The notes beneath the pieces were generated by a model, which saw nothing but the letters and a program-made list of their open reading frames with translations, made no database searches and had not been told where the DNA came from. The position numbers and the translations under genes are program-made. 32,362 bases of DNA. Origin: a virus. The stretch lies in the IMG/VR virus record IMGVR_UViG_3300035670_000851; one strand, written 5' to 3'. Numbering within the stretch: the stretch's first letter is position 1; every line of letters begins with the position of its first letter. Below are positions 1-4,971 of this stretch, in pieces.

Positions 1-127
1 GAATATTAAAGGGAAAAATACTTTGACAGATGCTGAGCGCATCCAGCTATTAATGCAAGAGAAACTCCGCCTGGAAGCTGAACTCGCAAAAATAGTCAAA
101 GAGTTAAGGATGTTGGTTAGTAAAATA
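1..127. repeat. Terminal direct repeat, left copy (contig closes on itself)
   Basis: Bases 1-127 read identically to 32236-32362. This implies a circular or circularly permuted genome of 32235 unique bp. 127 bp is also a common maximal assembler k-mer, so an assembly overlap is more likely than a physical terminal repeat. Confidence 0.95.
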
Positions 128-130
128 TAA
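23..130 (+). CDS. Possible 35-aa coiled-coil mini-ORF (TTG start), complete only after circularisation
   Basis: TTG overlaps the phosphoesterase stop (TTTGA). It translates to LTDAERIQLLMQEKLRLEAELAKIVKELRMLVSKI and ends with TAA at 128-130. A second copy starts at 32258 and runs off the window end. It may be non-coding. Confidence 0.15.
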   Translation: MTDAERIQLLMQEKLRLEAELAKIVKELRMLVSKI

Positions 131-172
131 AGTTGTTCATTGGTAAAGTGTAAACATTCGGTTAGTGGAGAG

Positions 173-376
173 TTATCGGTCATTGCCAGCCCAACTAATG
201 AACTTGTGATAAGTATTCCAAGCCTTTATTTGGTCGGCAGTTATATCAGGGTCGCAAGGGCTTTCCTCTAAACACTGTTCGGCTAACAAACATCTTTGTT
301 TCCAATAATCAACATCGGAAAGCAACGAAACGCTAACAAGTGGTTGTTGAAATAGCTGGTTTTGTTCTTCTTTCAT
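173..376 (-). CDS. Hypothetical small acidic protein (67 aa), last gene of the leftward operon
   Basis: ORF track. Same strand as the 508-1078 string. D+E is about 11 versus K+R about 6 by my count. No recognisable motif. Confidence 0.55.
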   Translation of the reverse strand: MKEEQNQLFQQPLVSVSLLSDVDYWKQRCLLAEQCLEESPCDPDITADQIKAWNTYHKFISWAGNDR

Positions 377-421
377 TTCATTTAGTTATAAGGTATATAA
401 AATGGGGTTTATCTTTAATCG

Positions 422-505
422 TTATGTACTCTCCTCCTCAGCCAAAATATACATTTCAAAGGCTGCAATACAAGCCATTATTAGGCAGATGATTAGTGTT
501 TGCAT
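422..505 (-). CDS. Possible 27-aa hydrophobic mini-ORF
   Basis: Hand translation on the minus strand gives MQTLIICLIMACIAAFEMYILAEEEST. It starts 3 nt after the stop of the 508-720 gene and fills an otherwise empty gap. Confidence 0.15.
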   Translation of the reverse strand: MQTLIICLIMACIAAFEMYILAEEEST

Positions 506-507
506 GG

Positions 508-720
508 TTATAGTGCTTGTTTAACTTCTTGCCACCAATTGATATGGTCAATGTCATAGCTTTCACTTGTTACATTTAATATCTCATCTACTTCTGATAA
601 CGCAAATTGTTTAGCTATCTCCTTAACTTCATCCATAGTTAGCTTATTACCAACTACACTCAGGATAGTGAGAGAGTTTGTGCTAATTAATTCTTTTGCT
701 TTTTCTTGTGGTGTTTTCAT
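508..720 (-). CDS. Hypothetical small acidic protein (70 aa)
   Basis: ORF track. Its start shares one base with the stop codon of the upstream 720-926 gene. D+E is about 12 versus K+R about 7. Confidence 0.6.
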   Translation of the reverse strand: MKTPQEKAKELISTNSLTILSVVGNKLTMDEVKEIAKQFALSEVDEILNVTSESYDIDHINWWQEVKQAL

Positions 721-926
721 TATTTCTCTGAGTTAAATGTTTCATTGTAGTATTGTCCTGCTTTTGGCATATCACAAAAATAATCTCCTTTTGTTCTTGC
801 ATCCATTATCTGTTGCTTTTCCATTTCTTTGGCTTGTTTATGAATTTCATTAGGAATACCATTTGGCAATAATCCATTTTTTGACATTTCAAATAACAAC
901 CATTCTACTGCAGTCTGCTTTTTCAT
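720..926 (-). CDS. Hypothetical protein (68 aa)
   Basis: ORF track. ATGA start/stop overlap with the upstream RHH gene at 923-926. Confidence 0.6.
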   Translation of the reverse strand: MKKQTAVEWLLFEMSKNGLLPNGIPNEIHKQAKEMEKQQIMDARTKGDYFCDMPKAGQYYNETFNSEK

Positions 927-1078
927 AATGCTTTGATTATCGTTTTCAGATCACGTTCAAGAAGTAATTCAACGTGAGCAGATAATGATCGCTTTTCTTT
1001 TTCGGCCTTAATCTTAGCCTGATCCATTATGGATGGTTTTACGTTAATCGTGTAAATTTTCTTAGTTTCTTTTGTCAT
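923..1078 (-). CDS. Ribbon-helix-helix (Arc/CopG/MetJ-type) DNA-binding protein, 51 aa, first gene of the leftward operon
   Basis: Not in the ORF track because it is under 60 aa. Hand translation: MTKETKKIYTINVKPSIMDQAKIKAEKEKRSLSAHVELLLERDLKTIIKAL. It shows a short N-terminal beta-strand (YTINV) followed by two helices (SIMDQAKIKAEKE and SLSAHVELLLERDL), the RHH pattern. Its TGA overlaps the next ATG. It sits next to the divergent promoter region. Confidence 0.6.
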   Translation of the reverse strand: MTKETKKIYTINVKPSIMDQAKIKAEKEKRSLSAHVELLLERDLKTIIKAL

Positions 1079-1094
1079 AATTAATTGCTTTTCA

Positions 1095-1126
1095 CAAATC
1101 TATACATAATAATTGTTACTTACAAA
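1095..1126 (-). promoter_or_regulatory. Candidate leftward promoter (Bacteroidota -33/-7 type)
   Basis: On the minus strand: TTTG (1126-1123), a 20-nt spacer, then TAGATTTG (1102-1095). This matches TTTG-N19-21-TAnnTTTG. The RHH ATG at 1078 lies about 17 nt downstream of the -7 box. Confidence 0.45.
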
Positions 1127-1137
1127 ATAAATAATTA

Positions 1138-1157
1138 TAAATATTATTAAATATTAT
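1138..1157. repeat. Perfect tandem 10-bp direct repeat TAAATATTAT x2 (candidate operator)
   Basis: Copies at 1138-1147 and 1148-1157 read directly. Each contains the palindrome AATATT. The spacing is one helical turn. The repeat lies between the two divergent promoter candidates and abuts the -33 box of the rightward one. Confidence 0.5.
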
Positions 1158-1188
1158 TTGCAAGTATGATTTATTCTATTTACTTTCG
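1157..1188 (+). promoter_or_regulatory. Candidate rightward early promoter
   Basis: TTTG (1157-1160), a 20-nt spacer, then TACTTTCG (1181-1188). There is one mismatch to TAnnTTTG. The first rightward ATG is at 1211. Confidence 0.35.
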
Positions 1189-1210
1189 TTCATACCAAAA
1201 CACAAAAGCT

Positions 1211-1300
1211 ATGGAAATTATCATCTTTTTTATTTGTATGTCGGCAGTCCTAATTGGATTAGCTGGATTATGTGACTATTTAACCGAGAAATTGAAATGA
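1211..1300 (+). CDS. Possible 29-aa hydrophobic mini-protein
   Basis: Hand translation: MEIIIFFICMSAVLIGLAGLCDYLTEKLK. ATGA overlap with the next gene at 1297-1300. Confidence 0.3.
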   Translation: MEIIIFFICMSAVLIGLAGLCDYLTEKLK

Positions 1301-1578
1301 ATCTTGATGAATACTATGACAGATTGCACGAGGCGCAATTTGCCAGAAACGAGAATATCAGAATTGATGACTGTGATAACTGCAACGGATCGGGCCATAT
1401 AGAATTTTCCAAATGTTGCGATGCTGAAGTTTTTAATCGTGTATGCCAGGACTGCCTATGGCCTTGCAATATTTACACAGAGATTTGCGATGAATGTAAA
1501 GGCGAAGGCACAGTTGAAATTGAAAGCAATCACGAACACGATAAATATGAAAGCCGCCGAGATGCGGAATTTGAATAA
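1297..1578 (+). CDS. Cys-rich protein with DnaJ-type zinc-finger repeats (CxxCxGxG)
   Basis: CDNCNGSG and CDECKGEG both match the CxxCxGxG repeat of the DnaJ central Cys-rich domain. Additional Cys pairs (KCCD, CQDC) lie between them. Confidence 0.6.
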   Translation: MNLDEYYDRLHEAQFARNENIRIDDCDNCNGSGHIEFSKCCDAEVFNRVCQDCLWPCNIYTEICDECKGEGTVEIESNHEHDKYESRRDAEFE

Positions 1579-1593
1579 CCTAAACCCAAAAAA

Positions 1594-1818
1594 ATGAAAA
1601 CATTATTTGAAAGATTAAAGCCAGAACACATCTTAACTTTAGATGATAAGGCAGATGAGTTTCCTTATTTAGTTGAAGCTATAAAGCTAGAACTGCAACA
1701 AAATCACTACATTACTGATTTAAAGTATGGTACTGTTATAGCAATGGAATCTCATTTTAACATTTACAAATTTCAAGATTTTATAAATTTATTTGAAGAA
1801 CATGAACAATTTATTTGA
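1594..1818 (+). CDS. Hypothetical protein, paralog A of a tandem pair
   Basis: ORF track. Shares LFERLKPEH..TL, DLKYG.VIA and NLFE with the next ORF. Confidence 0.6.
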   Translation: MKTLFERLKPEHILTLDDKADEFPYLVEAIKLELQQNHYITDLKYGTVIAMESHFNIYKFQDFINLFEEHEQFI

Positions 1819-2020
1819 ACGCCTAAAGCCAGAGCATAAGGCAACCTTAGAAAAACAGTCTGATTTATACCCAAGTTCTATTAAGAATATTTATCAGGAA
1901 CTTAGCAGTAGTTACTCATTCATTGATTTGAAATACGGAAGTGTAATTGCATTGAGCAACTTTTGCAACCTGCCTAATTATGACATTACAAGCATTAACA
2001 ACTTATTCGAAAAGCCATGA
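1793..2020 (+). CDS. Hypothetical protein, paralog B of a tandem pair
   Basis: ORF track. Same motifs as 1594-1818. It overlaps paralog A by 26 nt and the next gene by ATGA. Confidence 0.6.
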   Translation: MKNMNNLFERLKPEHKATLEKQSDLYPSSIKNIYQELSSSYSFIDLKYGSVIALSNFCNLPNYDITSINNLFEKP

Positions 2021-2256
2021 AAATCTTATCAGTCCAAACCTCAGTAATGCCAGATGGCTATCGCATTGAATGGCACAACGGGATGCCGCAACATAAAGAG
2101 TTTACAATGGATTCGGAATTATTTAACCGATGGGCAGAGTACATTCATGCTCAGGTAAACAAAACAAAAGGCATTAACAAAGTCAAGCCGGGCGGAGTTG
2201 CTCACATCGAAGGGCAGGAATCGGCTTTGAGATTAGCAAAGGAGATTTTAAGATGA
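2017..2256 (+). CDS. Hypothetical protein (79 aa)
   Basis: ORF track. Translationally coupled on both sides. Confidence 0.55.
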   Translation: MKILSVQTSVMPDGYRIEWHNGMPQHKEFTMDSELFNRWAEYIHAQVNKTKGINKVKPGGVAHIEGQESALRLAKEILR

Positions 2257-2384
2257 TGCACTTTCACGAAGATCCCGAACCAAACCAAAATCGTACCTTC
2301 TGGGCGATTATGTTTGTCATGATTTTATTAGTTATGTTTTTCGTGATGGAGATTTTTGTTAAGTTTTATTTGCAGATTAGTTAA
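2253..2384 (+). CDS. Possible 43-aa single-pass membrane mini-protein
   Basis: Hand translation: MMHFHEDPEPNQNRTFWAIMFVMILLVMFFVMEIFVKFYLQIS. ATGA overlap with the upstream gene. Confidence 0.35.
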   Translation: MMHFHEDPEPNQNRTFWAIMFVMILLVMFFVMEIFVKFYLQIS

Positions 2385-2390
2385 AAAATT

Positions 2391-2633
2391 ATGAACAAAC
2401 CATATATCAAACAATTAAATCAGGATGGAATAGTTTCCAACCCAATTGAAGGCAGCTACCTACATAGCGAACAAAACAGAAAACAAAGAAGATTAAAGCC
2501 GCTAAGGTTTATGAGTAATCGAAGGGGAGTATCTATAACTATTGATAATAGTCTTAGGTATATCAGAACAATTCAACTTATTAAATTGGTTGATGGCAGT
2601 ATAAAAAGAATTGGTCATTATGTTTTGAGATAA
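2391..2633 (+). CDS. Hypothetical basic protein (80 aa)
   Basis: ORF track. Contains an Arg/Lys-rich segment (NRKQRRLKPLRFMSNRRG). Confidence 0.5.
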   Translation: MNKPYIKQLNQDGIVSNPIEGSYLHSEQNRKQRRLKPLRFMSNRRGVSITIDNSLRYIRTIQLIKLVDGSIKRIGHYVLR

Positions 2634-2693
2634 CTATTTTTTTTATTACTTTAGATACACCGACTGGAAGCGGTATTTAAAAACATCTTAAAA

Positions 2694-2749
2694 GCCTTAT
2701 TTCGGGGGCGGATCTTCCAGTCCAAACCCGGTATAAGGCATTTTTTTTT
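2694..2749 (+). terminator. Intrinsic terminator closing the early small-gene string
   Basis: GCCTTATTTCGGG (2694-2706) pairs with CCCGGTATAAGGC (2727-2739). That is 12 pairs including one T-G wobble, plus one T-T mismatch, around a 20-nt loop. It is followed by A plus T9 (2741-2749). Confidence 0.7.
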
Positions 2750-2752
2750 ATA

Positions 2753-3268
2753 ATGAGTACAAAACCAAACCTACCAGCGATTGTAAAAGACCTGGGACTA
2801 TCCGTAAAGATGGATAGTTTAAATTCCTTGCTAAACACCGCGCCACCGAAGTCATGGCTAAAGGAACACAAAGGCAACACCTACCAGCCGATTGAACGAG
2901 TGAAAAACAATCTTGTTACTATCTTTCAGGATTACGATTGGGAAATTAAGAACTGTTCTATCATGGCTAATTCGATTTTAGTTTACGGAACTTTATCAAT
3001 TACTAATCCGATTACCGGCAGAGTTCGGAATTTGTCAGGCGTGGGTGCTTGGCCGATTCAATTAAAGTCAGGATCCAAACCTTTAGAAATCGAAAACATT
3101 ATTCAGGATGCGATTCAAAAGAACGCACCGGCCGCCGAATCTTTGGCCCTAAAAAACGCAGCTTCCAAACTTGGTAAACTATTTACCGATGGCGGATCTG
3201 ATGTTGAGTTTACCGGGATGTATTCCAAAGATGTACCAATGGATGAGATAAAAAATTCGCAATCATGA
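2753..3268 (+). CDS. Rad52/Sak-like single-strand annealing protein (putative)
   Basis: It lies directly upstream of, and overlaps, a YqaJ-type exonuclease gene, the classic annealase-exonuclease pair. G.TYQPIERV...L..IF..YDW and the C-terminal AAESLALKNAASKLGKLF resemble Rad52-family conserved blocks. Not verified by search. Confidence 0.5.
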   Translation: MSTKPNLPAIVKDLGLSVKMDSLNSLLNTAPPKSWLKEHKGNTYQPIERVKNNLVTIFQDYDWEIKNCSIMANSILVYGTLSITNPITGRVRNLSGVGAWPIQLKSGSKPLEIENIIQDAIQKNAPAAESLALKNAASKLGKLFTDGGSDVEFTGMYSKDVPMDEIKNSQS

Positions 3269-3921
3269 TAATTACCGGAACACAAAACGATAACCAGCGC
3301 ACTCCAGAATGGATTCAATCGCGCATGGGCAGGTTCTCATGTAGTCAGTTGCATAGACTAATGACCGAACCGAAAAGCAAAGCCGACAAAGAAGCTGGAA
3401 AGCTATCAGATGGGGCAATTACTTATGTAATGGAGTGCATCGCTGAGAAGCTGACTGGCAAACCTGCCAAAGATGATTTCAGTTCAAAATACACCGATTG
3501 GGGAGTAATGCACGAACCAATCGCTATTGGTATTTATGAGGAGGTTTTCGGATGCAAGGTTACTCAGTCTGGTTACCTTCCGTATGGAGATAACTTCGGA
3601 GGCAGTCCAGATGGATTGATTGATGAGGCTGGAGGCATTGAAATCAAATGTCCCTATACAATTACTGCGCATTTAGTACATTCGCTAACAAGCGATCTAA
3701 AAGCCGACTACAAAGAATGTTATTGGCAGATTATTGGGTACATGATTATTACCGGGCGCAAGTGGTTCGATTTCGTTTCCTATCATCCCGAATATCCCGG
3801 CAAGTATCAATTCAAACGTATTCGTTTAGAACGAGCAAATGTTTTGGATGACATCGAACAAGCGGAAAAGAAAATACAACAATCAACTTTTTATTTAAAC
3901 ACAATTTTAAACTCAATCTAA
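3265..3921 (+). CDS. YqaJ/lambda-exonuclease-like PD-(D/E)xK recombination exonuclease
   Basis: N-terminal TPEWIQSRMGRFSCSQ and the catalytic block GGSPDGLI...GGIEIKCP are typical of YqaJ viral recombinase-family exonucleases. Confidence 0.8.
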   Translation: MIITGTQNDNQRTPEWIQSRMGRFSCSQLHRLMTEPKSKADKEAGKLSDGAITYVMECIAEKLTGKPAKDDFSSKYTDWGVMHEPIAIGIYEEVFGCKVTQSGYLPYGDNFGGSPDGLIDEAGGIEIKCPYTITAHLVHSLTSDLKADYKECYWQIIGYMIITGRKWFDFVSYHPEYPGKYQFKRIRLERANVLDDIEQAEKKIQQSTFYLNTILNSI

Positions 3922-4211
3922 TGGCAAACAAACCAATGCATGGATCTATCTGTATGACCGATCTCAGCGAAGCATTTAAAAAGAATCATTCGGCTTTTAA
4001 CAAGTCCGAAAAGAACGGGAAAATTTACGCGAACATCGCAGTCTGGATGAATGATGAACCTGATCAATACGGAAACATCCTATCCTTTCAGCTTAATAGT
4101 AAAAAGGATGCGCCGGATGACAAGGTCTATTTCGGTAATGCTAAACTGCCTGATGCGGCTAAACCAGCGGCAGCGGCAAAATCTGCCCCTGATGATATTT
4201 TCTTATTCTAA
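3921..4211 (+). CDS. Putative ssDNA-binding protein with an SSB-like acidic C-terminal tip
   Basis: A Pro/Ala-rich linker (PDAAKPAAAAKSAP) is followed by the terminal DDIFLF (4191-4208), which resembles the DDDIPF tip of bacterial SSB. It is third in the recombination module. The body is too short for a canonical OB-fold SSB. Confidence 0.35.
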   Translation: MANKPMHGSICMTDLSEAFKKNHSAFNKSEKNGKIYANIAVWMNDEPDQYGNILSFQLNSKKDAPDDKVYFGNAKLPDAAKPAAAAKSAPDDIFLF

Positions 4212-4218
4212 CTTAACA

Positions 4219-4239
4219 AACCCGGCTAACTACCGGGTT
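4219..4239 (+). other. Perfect 7-bp stem-loop without a U-tract
   Basis: AACCCGG (4219-4225), a 7-nt loop, CCGGGTT (4233-4239). It is followed by A-rich sequence, so it is not a canonical terminator. Confidence 0.3.
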
Positions 4240-4252
4240 AAAAACTAAACTT

Positions 4253-4642
4253 ATGATAAATTATTACATTGCCCCAGGACTATCATACATTCATTTGCAA
4301 GGCGCAATCAAAAGCGCAAAGCAGCATACTCAATCTAAAAAGGAATTAAGGCTATCGGAAAACGAGGCTTTGGCGCATAGAATTATGCTTATTGTTTCCG
4401 AGCATTACAATATTACTATTGATCAATTACGGAATGAGTGCCGCAGATCAGAGTTCAGAACTGCCAGACAAGTTGCTCAGGATCTAATCCGATATAAAGC
4501 AGATTTACCTTTAAAAAAAATAGGTAAGATGTTCAACCGACATCATACAACTGTTATTTATTCCTTAAAAACTATTGCAAGTTTGCGAAGGTTTTATAAA
4601 GCCTTTGATGCAGAATATAGGGAGATCGAAAGCCATGTTTAA
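4253..4642 (+). CDS. DnaA domain IV-like helix-turn-helix DNA-binding protein
   Basis: SEFRTARQVAQDLIRYKADLPLKKIGKMFNRHHTTVIYSLKTI follows the DnaA C-terminal pattern (R...aRqiamyL...sl..IG..f.r.HtTV....kki). It lacks the AAA+ domain. Confidence 0.65.
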   Translation: MINYYIAPGLSYIHLQGAIKSAKQHTQSKKELRLSENEALAHRIMLIVSEHYNITIDQLRNECRRSEFRTARQVAQDLIRYKADLPLKKIGKMFNRHHTTVIYSLKTIASLRRFYKAFDAEYREIESHV

Positions 4643-4757
4643 CCACCTGCACCAAAAGATATTAATGGATTTCTTTAGAAGGAGGTCATTGATGAAATAT
4701 AAGATTGATGATATTTGCGATGCCTTGTTAAGTTACTATGGCAAAAAAACTAATTAA
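4635..4757 (+). CDS. Possible 40-aa ORF
   Basis: ATG at 4635 is in frame with track ORF 4575-4757. It starts 8 nt before the upstream stop, which removes the implausible 68-nt overlap of the longer version. Confidence 0.2.
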   Translation: MFNHLHQKILMDFFRRRSLMKYKIDDICDALLSYYGKKTN

Positions 4758-4971
4758 AACCAATGGCAAAGGCGATGCTCAGGAACTTGGCAAGGTGCAA
4801 AGCTACAAAGCAAAGCCGAAGCCTTACCGAGAACCTGATTCGTTACGAGAGTATAGGTTAGAAAGGGAAAGGTTTTTCTGGAAAAAATACCCAGAGCAAA
4901 GGGCCGAGATTGAAGAGAAAGTAAAACAAATGAAAAAAGAATGGGAAACCCAGGACAAAAGATTAAAATAG
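4738..4971 (+). CDS. Hypothetical Lys/Glu-rich protein (77 aa)
   Basis: ORF track. Highly charged. Overlaps the methyltransferase start by 31 nt. Confidence 0.45.
   Translation: MAKKLIKTNGKGDAQELGKVQSYKAKPKPYREPDSLREYRLERERFFWKKYPEQRAEIEEKVKQMKKEWETQDKRLK

Noticed and set aside
2634-2752. Possible tRNA or small RNA gene in the 119-nt non-coding gap.
   Set aside because: No cloverleaf can be drawn. There is no T-loop GTTCNANNC-type motif and no 7-bp acceptor pairing with correct spacing. The hairpin plus T9 is explained as an intrinsic terminator. Its loop/upstream complementarity is reported separately as a finding.
2677-3318. Minus-strand track ORFs 2677-2880 and 3115-3318.
   Set aside because: They are antisense to, or overlap, the well-supported Rad52-like gene and the terminator. 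Their composition is odd and low-complexity. No partner genes lie on that strand.
3484-4248. Track ORFs 3484-3672 (minus), 3648-3851 (plus, alternative frame) and 4051-4248 (plus, alternative frame).
   Set aside because: They are embedded in the exonuclease and SSB-like genes, whose own frames carry clear motifs. The alternative-frame products are Arg/Ser/Leu-rich, as expected for out-of-frame reading.
4575-4757. The track ORF of 60 aa overlapping the 3-prime end of the DnaA-domain-IV-like gene by 68 nt.
   Set aside because: The long version requires an unusually long out-of-frame overlap. An in-frame ATG at 4635 gives a 40-aa ORF with the usual short overlap. Even that version is kept only at low confidence.
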